Below, piece after piece: positions 30,255 through 39,072 of a stretch of DNA of 64,000 nt. The stretch spans positions 121,749 through 185,748 of the forward strand of contig MGVE01000001.1 of assembly GCA_001800315.1 (NCBI GenBank). Reading direction: 5' to 3'. This stretch comes from Elusimicrobia bacterium RIFOXYA2_FULL_47_53. Lineage in GTDB: Bacteria > Elusimicrobiota > Endomicrobiia > Endomicrobiales > XYA2-FULL-47-53. A program made the position numbers and the translations under genes. The stretch's first letter is position 1. Each line of letters opens with the position of its first letter. The notes under the pieces were generated by a model that did no database searches, was not told the DNA's origin, and saw nothing but the letters and a program-made list of their open reading frames with translations.

Positions 30255-33200
30255 TTATTTTACAACCCCAATCTTCCTTAACTGCTTTTCGGAGCCGCTT
30301 TTAATCTCAAGCAGATAGATGCCGTTGGCCACATATCTCCCGGAGTTATTTTTACCGTCCCATTTTATCTCATTGGAATAGCCGGTCGGCTGGCCCTTTG
30401 CGCCTTCCGAGCCTGAAGGATAATTTCTTTCAAGCACCAGATCCCCCAGCTGTGTGTATATTTTAATGGTCGTATCGTGATTTTCCGTTAACACATAAAG
30501 AATCCTGGTCTCCTCTTTGCCGGCCGCGAAAGGGTTTGGAAAATTTGTTACGCCGGAAATCGCGGAAACAGGCGCGAGAGCCCCTACAAGAGTTATCACG
30601 CCTAATTTTGATATCGCTGTTCTAACTGCGCCGGCGCCTGAGTCAATAGAAGGGAAATCAGGAGCCGTTTCCCATTTGCCGGCATTTTCATTGAGCAGGG
30701 CGCATCTTAAGTTTTTCAGGGGCACGCTTGTGCCGTCATAATAGTTGTCTTTGTTGCTGTTGCGATATCTGAATTTAATTTCGCATTTGGGATTATCAAC
30801 GGGAAGCACGCTATCGTCCGCCGCGCAAACGCTTAATCTGTATGAGTCTTCATTCAGCGGTTTAATAAGCCTGTCGGCCAGCGTAAATTCATCAGCCATG
30901 GCTATGGCCTTGAGCTCGGACGACTGAACCTTTACAATTTTCAGGTAGCCGTTGTCAGGAAGGCCCTGCGTGATTTCAGCGTACAATTTGGAATCCGTGC
31001 TGGTGGTTTTGAAACGGCTTAAAACAAAAGCCCAGCCCGAGCCGGAACTGATTTTTTCAAGTCCCAGAGGGTCTTTTGCCACTACTCTCCAGAAGTAAGT
31101 GGTTTCCTGGGTTAAACTTAACGGGGAAAGCCTGTAAGTGTTTGTGCTTATGCCTTCAACAACAAAGGATGGAGTGAAGTTCTCGGCTGTGCTGATGACA
31201 AGAGAAAACGAGATAATATCTTCAGGGTTCGGGTCCCCGTTATTTTCCCAGGCGAAATCAAGATTCAGCTGCGAGACATTATCCCCGCTGGCCGGATAGA
31301 TAATTGAAAAATCCATCGGAGGAAAGTTCTGGTTATTAACCGAAATATCGGCTGTTGAAAGGGCCTCAGCGGAGAGCGGAGGAGCGCCGTTGTCAGTGAC
31401 AATAATTTTAATCCGGTAGTTCGGGCCGTTTGGGATAGTTCTTGTATTTAACTGGTAATAAGTCGCGTTAACCGTTGATAACAGCGAGAAATTTTCTCCG
31501 CTGTCATTTGAAATATATACGGCTGAGGAGTGAGAGTCGGCGAGATTTGGGTCGGATACGGACCAGGAAATTTGAACCGTACCGCTGATGGTTGTGCCTC
31601 CCGCGGGTGTCTGAAGCGACACCGAAGGAGCCTCGTTAATATTGGAAATCTGAAAGTTCGCGGCGGAAGCAGTTGAAAAATTCAGGCCCCTTTCGTCCGT
31701 TGCGGTTATTTTTATTTTGTGTTCGGCGCCGTTGCAGGTCTGCCGGGTATTCCATAGGTAATGGGTGGTTCCGTTTGGCAGGCCGGAGGCTACAGTAACA
31801 GGGAAAGTAAGCCCGCCGTCAAAAGATTCGTATATTGAAAACACCCTTGTGTCTCCCGGGTTAGGATCTGCCGAACTCCAGAGAATATCCTGTTCCGCGG
31901 CCCAGTTTTCCCCTCCGGACGGCGCTATAATGGTTACTAAGGGAGGAGCATTGGTTAAAGCGCTCGCCTGTGGAGAAGAGATTGTTGAAGAATTGCCGGC
32001 GATATCGTACAGCTTCACCGCGAAATAGTAGGTTGTGGAATTGTTTAAACCGTCAACGGCGACATTCTCATGATGCCCCTGCGGCGAGTTGGCGAAGCTG
32101 CCGGTGTTTTGCCCGGGAGTTGAGTCAAAGCTTCCCGCTGTAATGGCTGAAATTGAACTGTGCCTGATGTCATAGGCCTTAAAATAGGTGTTTCCGGAGG
32201 GGCTTGAATCCCACGGAGAGGTCCAGGAAAGAATTATCTGTCCGTTGGAATAGCCTATAGAAGCTGAAAGGTCGGTTATAGGGTTTGGAGCGATCGTGTC
32301 AACATAAAGAGTATAACTGTCAGACCAGTCGCCGTAAGCGGTGGCGTCAAAGGCTCTTACCTGCCAGTACCAGGTGCCCGGGGTCAGGAGCGAGGTGGTT
32401 CCGGAAGTCAGAAAAGATGTGGTATTGAGCCCAGAGGTGCTTATTTCGGGGCTTGAGAAAGCAGGAGCGTTGTCAACCTGCAGATGGTATGTGATAATAT
32501 CTCCCGTGTCAGAGTCCTGCGAGTCTAACCAGGAAAAGACGGGCCTGGAAAAATTTGTGGTGGCGCCGGTGAGCGGCGAAAGCAGTGTTACTTTATTCGG
32601 GGCGGAATTGTATGTTACGGTTACCGACTTTATGACAGGAGTTTTGGGAAGCGTTGTCGCGTCAAAATATGCTTTATATTTTATAAATCTCCTGTTGTTA
32701 TGCACTGTCGTGCCGATAGAATAAGGCGGCATGCCGGTGAAAAAAGTATTCGTATTGCCGTCCGGCCCCCTGAAACTATCCCAGTTAGCGTTGTCAGTTG
32801 ACGATGCCAGCTGGAATTTTAAGGTAGTACCTGTTATAACCTGAGGGTTATCCGTGACGCTGAGCTGTTTCCACTGCAAAGATGTCGTAAAAGGCACATC
32901 AATATAGGCCGATTCAAAACTGCCGGAGGCGCGGTAAACGAAATATCTCGTTTCCTGAAGATTCGCGGTATCACTGCCGCCGAAAAAAAATGATTTTCTT
33001 TGAGAAGGAATATAGACAGCGGACTGTCCGTATCTGGCGGTAATTACATTTAACGGCGCTTCATTGCTCAGGGCCCAGGAATTTGTTATCGGCACAAAAT
33101 ACCTGATATCATTGTAACGAGTCGTATTGAATATTCCTCCCGTGACGACTATACAGGAAGAAGTAAAAGAGTTATACGCGTCGTAGAACATTGATGAATC

Positions 33201-34046
33201 CGTCCTTGCTTCAGGCGCGTTACTGGCAGCGTTATAAACATACCAGGAGCTTGAAACTACATCGTAGGACCATAGATCCTGCATCTCCGCATTGGAAATA
33301 TTAACGCCTCCGAATATAAACACTTTACCGGCATTATCGTAAGCTATTGAGGCGCCGGTGCGCGCCGCCGGCGCGGTTTGAGGCGAGGCCAGGCTCCAGG
33401 TTTTTGCGGCTATATCGTAAAACCAGGTTTCGTTTGATTTGGTTCCCTCGGTGTTGCCGCCAAAAAGAACCACCTTGGATTGATTATCAACCCTTGCCAT
33501 GGAAAAGAAAGCCCTGTTTGAAGGTGAGGTTGAGACGGACTGTTCCTCCCATTTTGTTGTGCTGCAATTGTAGAACCAGGTGTCTCCGTAGTAAGTTCCA
33601 GCCTCATTTTTACCGCCAAACAGAAGTATCCTGTTTGAGTCAAGAGGCACAATGGTGTGTCCGTATCTTGCCTGGGGCGCCACAGTGCTTGTAATTATGT
33701 GCTGGTTCCATAAATTATTTGAGGAATTGTATTCCCAGACATCATTAAATTCACTCCCTGAATTGTATCCGCCAAAAACTATCATGGATGAATTTGATGC
33801 CGGATTCAGGCAGGCAGAATGCCAGCGTCTTGGGGAAGGGCTTAAGGCGGGAGTCAGGTCTGAAGACCACTGAAAACTCAGCTGTATGCTGTCAGTCGCG
33901 GCGTCAACAACCTGAACCTGATCCTGCTTCCCTGAATTAAACTGGTTGTACGAGTTTTGAGTAGAAGAATTGGCAAACACAAGAGAGTCAGCCGCGCATG
34001 AGAGCAACAGGATAAGCGTATAAAATGAATGACGAATATTTCTCAC
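30255..34046 (-). CDS. Large secreted protein: Kelch beta-propeller + Ig/FN3-like repeats + T9SS-type/FlgD-Ig C-terminal domain
   Basis: Signal peptide; six GG..W Kelch blades; N.AP/PP...P..G Ig repeats; C-terminal NFPNPF...IKIYT..G.LV...WDGKN..G..VANGIYL...RKIGVVK. Confidence 0.85.
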   Translation of the reverse strand: MRNIRHSFYTLILLLSCAADSLVFANSSTQNSYNQFNSGKQDQVQVVDAATDSIQLSFQWSSDLTPALSPSPRRWHSACLNPASNSSMIVFGGYNSGSEFNDVWEYNSSNNLWNQHIITSTVAPQARYGHTIVPLDSNRILLFGGKNEAGTYYGDTWFYNCSTTKWEEQSVSTSPSNRAFFSMARVDNQSKVVLFGGNTEGTKSNETWFYDIAAKTWSLASPQTAPAARTGASIAYDNAGKVFIFGGVNISNAEMQDLWSYDVVSSSWYVYNAASNAPEARTDSSMFYDAYNSFTSSCIVVTGGIFNTTRYNDIRYFVPITNSWALSNEAPLNVITARYGQSAVYIPSQRKSFFFGGSDTANLQETRYFVYRASGSFESAYIDVPFTTSLQWKQLSVTDNPQVITGTTLKFQLASSTDNANWDSFRGPDGNTNTFFTGMPPYSIGTTVHNNRRFIKYKAYFDATTLPKTPVIKSVTVTYNSAPNKVTLLSPLTGATTNFSRPVFSWLDSQDSDTGDIITYHLQVDNAPAFSSPEISTSGLNTTSFLTSGTTSLLTPGTWYWQVRAFDATAYGDWSDSYTLYVDTIAPNPITDLSASIGYSNGQIILSWTSPWDSSPSGNTYFKAYDIRHSSISAITAGSFDSTPGQNTGSFANSPQGHHENVAVDGLNNSTTYYFAVKLYDIAGNSSTISSPQASALTNAPPLVTIIAPSGGENWAAEQDILWSSADPNPGDTRVFSIYESFDGGLTFPVTVASGLPNGTTHYLWNTRQTCNGAEHKIKITATDERGLNFSTASAANFQISNINEAPSVSLQTPAGGTTISGTVQISWSVSDPNLADSHSSAVYISNDSGENFSLLSTVNATYYQLNTRTIPNGPNYRIKIIVTDNGAPPLSAEALSTADISVNNQNFPPMDFSIIYPASGDNVSQLNLDFAWENNGDPNPEDIISFSLVISTAENFTPSFVVEGISTNTYRLSPLSLTQETTYFWRVVAKDPLGLEKISSGSGWAFVLSRFKTTSTDSKLYAEITQGLPDNGYLKIVKVQSSELKAIAMADEFTLADRLIKPLNEDSYRLSVCAADDSVLPVDNPKCEIKFRYRNSNKDNYYDGTSVPLKNLRCALLNENAGKWETAPDFPSIDSGAGAVRTAISKLGVITLVGALAPVSAISGVTNFPNPFAAGKEETRILYVLTENHDTTIKIYTQLGDLVLERNYPSGSEGAKGQPTGYSNEIKWDGKNNSGRYVANGIYLLEIKSGSEKQLRKIGVVK

Positions 34047-34115
34047 CCCTGTTTTCGTTGTGCCTAAGCCGGATATAATAATTTTTACGGCCGACGCGCG
34101 TTTACCGGGACAGGC

Positions 34116-34490
34116 TTACTCAAGAAGTTTTGCCATTACGGCCTGCCTTAAGTATTTAAGGTCAAACGGCTTGAAAATGCAGTCAAAAGCGCCGATGCGA
34201 AAGGCATCAACAACTTTTTCGGCGTCGCGGTAAGCGGTAATCATAATAACAGGCAGGTCGGGCTGAATTTTTTTTAATTCTCTCAAAGTTTCAATGCCGT
34301 TCATGCCCGGCATTGCCATATCCAGAAGAACCAGATTCGCCTTCATTTCATGAAGTTTGTCAACGGCCTGCTGTCCGCTCTTAGCCGTCAACACCTTAAA
34401 CCCCTCACTACTGAGAAACTCGCCAAGAATCATTAATATGTCCGGCTCGTCGTCAACAATCATGATGCTGCTCTTTTTAGTTTCTGCCAC
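34116..34490 (-). CDS. Stand-alone response regulator receiver
   Basis: IVDDE, LDMAMP, TA, KPFD. Start reassigned to GTG 34490 behind GGAGG (track start 34535 abuts the repeat). Confidence 0.92.
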   Translation of the reverse strand: MAETKKSSIMIVDDEPDILMILGEFLSSEGFKVLTAKSGQQAVDKLHEMKANLVLLDMAMPGMNGIETLRELKKIQPDLPVIMITAYRDAEKVVDAFRIGAFDCIFKPFDLKYLRQAVMAKLLE

Positions 34491-34536
34491 AATAACCTCC
34501 CCGGTTAGCCACCCCTTCGCATCTTTGCTGCTCAAA

Positions 34537-34654
34537 TTGAGTCTGTTGAAAAACCCTTAAAACGACCCGTCATTGCGATCTCCCGCAGGGAGAGAAGCAA
34601 TCTTGAAGTTTCGTTGTTGTCGTTGCGAGCGACTGAAAGGAGCGTGGCAATCCC
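34537..34654. repeat. Second copy of the 8.2-kb repeat family (left end + two tandem half-units)
   Basis: TTGAGTCTGTTGAAAAACC...GTCATTGCGA..CCCGCAGGG..GAAGCAATCT matches 8185-8247; a second half-unit GTCGTTGCGAG...GTGGCAATCCC at 34619-34654. Confidence 0.75.
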
Positions 34655-34711
34655 GCAGTTTTCGCCGGACTATTCGGTGCGATTTTGACACGCAGGGCAG
34701 CTTTAAAAGGT

Positions 34712-36304
34712 TCAGGCTTCCTGATTTACAGGAAGCCTGACAAAAAACTTTGAGCCCTTGCCTTTTTCCGACTCAGCCCAGATAGCGCCCCTGTGTTTTT
34801 CAACTATTGATTTAACAATGGCCAGGCCGAGGCCAAACCCGGCGTGGGTTCTTGAAACCGAACCGTCCACCTGGAAAAACTTTTCAAAAATCCTACCAAT
34901 CTTGTCAGCGGGTATGCCTTCGCCGTTGTCACTTACGACCAGCAGGACAGTCTTGCCGCCTTCTTCAATTTTGGCGCTTATTATTACTTCTCCTCCCGAG
35001 TGAGTGAATTTTAATGCGTTGCCGATAAGGTTTACAATTACCTGTTTTATGCGTTCATTATCGCCGAATATTTCAATTTTCCCGTCAGAATGCTTGAAAA
35101 TAAGTTCAATGTTCTTTTCTTTCGCTCTTAAATGAAGGTCCTGAAGGGTTTCGTCAATAAGAACTTTTAAATTAAACCATGAAGGCATGAGGTTAAGTTT
35201 ATTTGTCTCCATACGGGAAAAATCAAGCAGGTCGTTTACCAGGAGCTGCATTCTTGTTGAATTTCTCTTAATGAGGTCAAAAAACATGGTGACTTTGTCA
35301 TTGTCCTTTAAAATGGACATATAGGGGTAAAGCAGTTCAATTGCTCCGCCGATAGACATTAAGGGAGTCCTCAGCTCGTGCGAAACATTGGACATAAACT
35401 CTGAGCGCAGTTCGTCAAGCTGTCTTTGCGCCTCGCGGTACTGCATGGCTGAAATCAGCAGAGTGGAGTGCACGCCAAAGACCTTGAGCGAATCAAGGTC
35501 ATTCTGGGTAAACTGGTAATTGGTCTGAGAAACCAGCCTGTTAAGGCATATCACCCCTATAAGGGCGTCTTCATTTATCAACGGACAGATTAGAGAGGAG
35601 ACTATTTCAGACCTTGAGGGAAGCTCGGCAAACTGCGGCGCGTTCTCAAACCCACTTTGAATAAGAACGGCCTCCCTGTTCTTGGCGACCCACCCGACTA
35701 TTTTTTCGCCGTAACCGACTCTGGTCAGTTCCTCCTCATTCAGGCCGAAGGAAGCCACTGAAGCAAGCTGATTGCTGTCCAGAACAAGCATAAAAATGGA
35801 TCCGGTATCCGCCTTTAGCGTTTTTATGGCTCTTTCCAGTATCAGGTTAAGCAGTTCTTTCTGGGTGTTATTTTTCGTGGCCTGCTGGGCGAGTTGATAC
35901 AGGTGAGTGGTTTCCCTGTAAATATTCTCTTTGCGTGAGAGTTTGGCGTGTTCCAGGCACTTTCTGACATTCACAAGAACATCTTCAATATTGAATGGTT
36001 TCAGCAGATAGGCGAAAGCGCCGCTTTTAATTGAGGCTATGGCGGACTCTATTGTGGCCTGGCCGGTCATTATTATTACTTCTGTCTGAGGTTTTATAAG
36101 GCGGATTTTGTTGAGGATTTCCATGCCGTTGCAGTCCGGCATTTTCAGGTCGGTCAGCACAAGATCAAAAAAAGTCGTGGAAATTAACGAGTCAAGATTG
36201 GCGCAGGAATTAAGGGTGGTTACCTTGTACCCCTCCGCTTCTAATACTTTGCTCAGCAGCTTAAGTATTCCTTCTTCGTCGTCAATGATTAATACGCTTT
36301 CCAT
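34712..36304 (-). CDS. Hybrid kinase REC-GAF-HisKA-HATPase
   Basis: N-terminal receiver (IDDE, TDLKMP, KPF), GAF, SHELRTPL, NLIGNALKFT, D.GEGI, G.GLGLAI. Confidence 0.93.
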   Translation of the reverse strand: MESVLIIDDEEGILKLLSKVLEAEGYKVTTLNSCANLDSLISTTFFDLVLTDLKMPDCNGMEILNKIRLIKPQTEVIIMTGQATIESAIASIKSGAFAYLLKPFNIEDVLVNVRKCLEHAKLSRKENIYRETTHLYQLAQQATKNNTQKELLNLILERAIKTLKADTGSIFMLVLDSNQLASVASFGLNEEELTRVGYGEKIVGWVAKNREAVLIQSGFENAPQFAELPSRSEIVSSLICPLINEDALIGVICLNRLVSQTNYQFTQNDLDSLKVFGVHSTLLISAMQYREAQRQLDELRSEFMSNVSHELRTPLMSIGGAIELLYPYMSILKDNDKVTMFFDLIKRNSTRMQLLVNDLLDFSRMETNKLNLMPSWFNLKVLIDETLQDLHLRAKEKNIELIFKHSDGKIEIFGDNERIKQVIVNLIGNALKFTHSGGEVIISAKIEEGGKTVLLVVSDNGEGIPADKIGRIFEKFFQVDGSVSRTHAGFGLGLAIVKSIVEKHRGAIWAESEKGKGSKFFVRLPVNQEA

Positions 36305-36359
36305 TTCTCCCGCTTTTCAATCTGTCGTGTAATATGTTAAAAGACTTACCAAGATTAGT

Positions 36360-36386
36360 GCGCCCCCGTGGGGGGGACGGGGGCGC
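36360..36386 (-). other. GC-rich hairpin with C7 loop in leader/putative sRNA
   Basis: Minus strand GCGCCCCCGT-CCCCCCC-ACGGGGGCGC, perfect 10-bp stem. Confidence 0.7.
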
Positions 36387-36450
36387 TGGGGATATTGAAA
36401 AATATTATTATGATCGCTGGATGGAGCAATACTGCTAAACTCTCACATGA

Positions 36451-36479
36451 ATTATAACAGAAGCTTTACCTGTTGTCAA
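36451..36479 (-). promoter_or_regulatory. Perfect-consensus sigma70 promoter upstream of signalling/surface-protein cluster
   Basis: TTGACA-17 nt-TATAAT, with TG at the extended -10. Confidence 0.85.
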
Positions 36480-36538
36480 GCGGTAAGTTTGCACAAATTT
36501 TAAGATACGCGTTATCGGAATGTGACTGTATTTTAGGT

Positions 36539-38338
36539 TCATTTCTTGTTTTTGTCCGGCTGTGCCGCGGCGCGCTTATTGTTTTTCTCATGAGCAGTTA
36601 AAAGCTTTGATTCAGCGTTTTCACGGCGCTCAGTTTCTTTCGCGAGCAGCTGCTTAAGCCGGTCGTTTTCCTCTTTTAACCGCGCGAAGCGTTCCGTGCT
36701 GTTTTCCTGCCTGTTCTTTATCAAAGCGGAATCGTGCTTATTCTGAGCGTCCATAAGCTGAGAGTTTTTAATCGCTAAATCCCGCTTAATTTTCTGCAGT
36801 ATCTCCTTCTGTTCGGCCTGAGCTGTCTGAGCGGCCGCGAGCTCCGCGTTCAGCCTTGAAATCTCGTTGTCCCTGGACTCAATCTGGATGTTAAACTTAT
36901 TTCTGCCGTCATCAAGCTGTTTTTTGTAGAGTTCCTTTTCTTTTGACAGAGTCTCCTGCCAGTGAAGGTCATTTTTACCGTTGTATTCGTTCAGCCTGCT
37001 ATTTTCCGACTCAGTGGATCTTAGTTTTGCCGCCAGAACGGCCAATTCTTCTTTCGCGCGCGATAAATCATCCTTCAGGGCGGACAATAAATCCTCCAGC
37101 AATTTCTTTTCGCCTTTTAATGCGGACTGGTCTATTTCAGACTGAGCGCTCATGCCGGACAGCTCTTTGGCGAAAGCCCCCTCTTTCTCGCGCAGAATGG
37201 ATTCAAAGCCTGCTGTTTTATTGGCAGATTCGGCCAGAAGTTTCTGAATTTTTGACTCGGCTTCAATAAGGCGAGAGTCTTTCTCGTTAATTTTAGCTTC
37301 CAGTTCGGCGCGCAATTTCTTCTCGTCGTCCAGCTGCTGTTCAAACATCTCAGCCGACTGCGCCAGCCTCTTTATCTGCTCAAGGTGGTCATTTTTTAAT
37401 ACCTCAATCTGCCTGGAAGCTTCTTCCTTTGATTCAGTGGCGCTTCTCTGCGCGTCAAGACGAATTTTCTCGGCTTCTATCTTTTCGTGCTCCGATAAAA
37501 GCTTAAGCTGAGCGACAAGGGTTTCTTTGCCCGCGAGCTCTTCTTTATAAGAAACGGCCTGCTGCTGCAGAGCTTCATTGGAATTTCTCAGGGCATTGAG
37601 CTGAATTATCGTGTCCTGCAGGGCGTTCTGAAGCTTCTGAATATCCGAATCCTTCTTTTCAGCGGATTTTTTGATATTCTCCATTTCAAAGCCGTGCGTT
37701 TTAGCAAGCTGTTCTATCTTAGCCTTTAACTCAAACAGCTCATTGTCTTTATCGGAAGCGGCTTTTAAGAGGGAGGTTTCTTTTTTGTAAATATTGTCCC
37801 TGAGCGCGCGCAGTTCATCATCGCGTTTTTTTAACTCGTCGTTCAGCCTTTTTACGGCTTCCTCATGGGCTCTCTTTATGTGTATTATGCGCTCGCGTTC
37901 CGCGGCAAGCGCCTTTTCCGATATTTCGGACGCGGCCTTATAGTCTTTCAGTTTCTCGGAGATTTCATCCCATTTCTTCTTTTCCGTGATCCTTCGCAGT
38001 TCGGCTTCCCTGGACTTTTCCTCCAGCCTGACGATGTCAAGCGACCTTTCGTCGTTAAGCCTCTGCTTGGCGGCCTTAAGGATGTTTTCCGTCTCTTCCA
38101 GCTTTGAACGGAGCGATAAAATTATGCTTTCTTTTTCAGAAATGATTTTAGTCCAGCCCTCTTTTTCCTTCTCGTGGCGGGAGCGGACAAGGCGGAGTGT
38201 TTCGGATGAAATTTCTTTCTCCGTGTTTAACAGGTCCTGGACTATCTTATCGGGATTATCGGGCGTAACGGGCCGGGGAGTAGTTTCTTTTTGAATGCTG
38301 AAATTCATGAAGGAGTTGTTTTTATCGTCAATTGCCAT
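36539..38338 (-). CDS. Long soluble coiled-coil protein (599 aa), unknown function
   Basis: E/K/L/A/Q-rich heptads throughout, no TM or enzymatic motif; starts 9 nt after the motB2 stop. Confidence 0.85.
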   Translation of the reverse strand: MAIDDKNNSFMNFSIQKETTPRPVTPDNPDKIVQDLLNTEKEISSETLRLVRSRHEKEKEGWTKIISEKESIILSLRSKLEETENILKAAKQRLNDERSLDIVRLEEKSREAELRRITEKKKWDEISEKLKDYKAASEISEKALAAERERIIHIKRAHEEAVKRLNDELKKRDDELRALRDNIYKKETSLLKAASDKDNELFELKAKIEQLAKTHGFEMENIKKSAEKKDSDIQKLQNALQDTIIQLNALRNSNEALQQQAVSYKEELAGKETLVAQLKLLSEHEKIEAEKIRLDAQRSATESKEEASRQIEVLKNDHLEQIKRLAQSAEMFEQQLDDEKKLRAELEAKINEKDSRLIEAESKIQKLLAESANKTAGFESILREKEGAFAKELSGMSAQSEIDQSALKGEKKLLEDLLSALKDDLSRAKEELAVLAAKLRSTESENSRLNEYNGKNDLHWQETLSKEKELYKKQLDDGRNKFNIQIESRDNEISRLNAELAAAQTAQAEQKEILQKIKRDLAIKNSQLMDAQNKHDSALIKNRQENSTERFARLKEENDRLKQLLAKETERRENAESKLLTAHEKNNKRAAAQPDKNKK

Positions 38339-38347
38339 AGGTAAGCC

Positions 38348-39067
38348 TCACTGGGCGGCTTGTTTTCTGGCGGTAAGTATGTCAATTTCTATGCGCCTGT
38401 TCTGAGAGCGGTTCTCTTCGGTGTCATTGGATAAAACAGGGCGGAATTCCCCATACCCCGCTGCGGCGAACCTCCGCGGGTCTAATCCTTCATTTTTTAC
38501 AAAGTAGTTAACCACTTCCATGGCTCTGGCTATTGAAAGCTCCCAGTTGGATTTAAATTTGCCGCCGTGGATGGGAAGATTGTCGGTATGGCCTTCAACT
38601 ATTATCTCATTATCCGTCTGCTTCAGGATTATCTGGGCCATCTCGTGCATCAGTTCTTTTGATTCCTTTTTAAGCTCAAACTGGCCTACATCAAAAAGTA
38701 TAGGGTTCGCGAAAACAACCTTGATATGATCCGCCGCGCTGTTAACCGTGATGAAGTTTTTAAGATGCAGTTTTTCTATCATGTCGTCAAATTTTGAGAC
38801 TATCTGGTCATTTTTATCCTGTTCCACCATTTTTTCAATAAGGTCTTTATTTACCTCTCCGCCCATCTCCGCCTGAATGTCGGCCACTATCTTCTGGAAG
38901 CTTTTATCCTGTTTTGAATTATAGGCGAACGCGAACATCAGAAGAAAGAATATCATTAAAACCGTCATGAAGTCCGCGTATGGAACTATCCATAGGTCTC
39001 CGAGATCGGTCTGGTGATCTTCTTCTCTTGTGGCATTCTCCCAGTCTCTTGACGAGTATTTAGACAT
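38348..39067 (-). CDS. motB: MotB/PomB-like stator subunit 2 (TM + OmpA-like PG-binding domain)
   Basis: WIVPYADFMT TM with conserved Asp; VEGHTD, NWELS..RA, GYGEFRP, NRRIEI. Confidence 0.9.
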   Translation of the reverse strand: MSKYSSRDWENATREEDHQTDLGDLWIVPYADFMTVLMIFFLLMFAFAYNSKQDKSFQKIVADIQAEMGGEVNKDLIEKMVEQDKNDQIVSKFDDMIEKLHLKNFITVNSAADHIKVVFANPILFDVGQFELKKESKELMHEMAQIILKQTDNEIIVEGHTDNLPIHGGKFKSNWELSIARAMEVVNYFVKNEGLDPRRFAAAGYGEFRPVLSNDTEENRSQNRRIEIDILTARKQAAQ

Positions 39068-39072
39068 AGCCC

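Noticed and set aside
8185-34654. Palindromic repeats as CRISPR repeats or tRNAs
   Set aside because: No regularly spaced repeat-spacer array, no cas genes and no cloverleaf or T-loop consensus.
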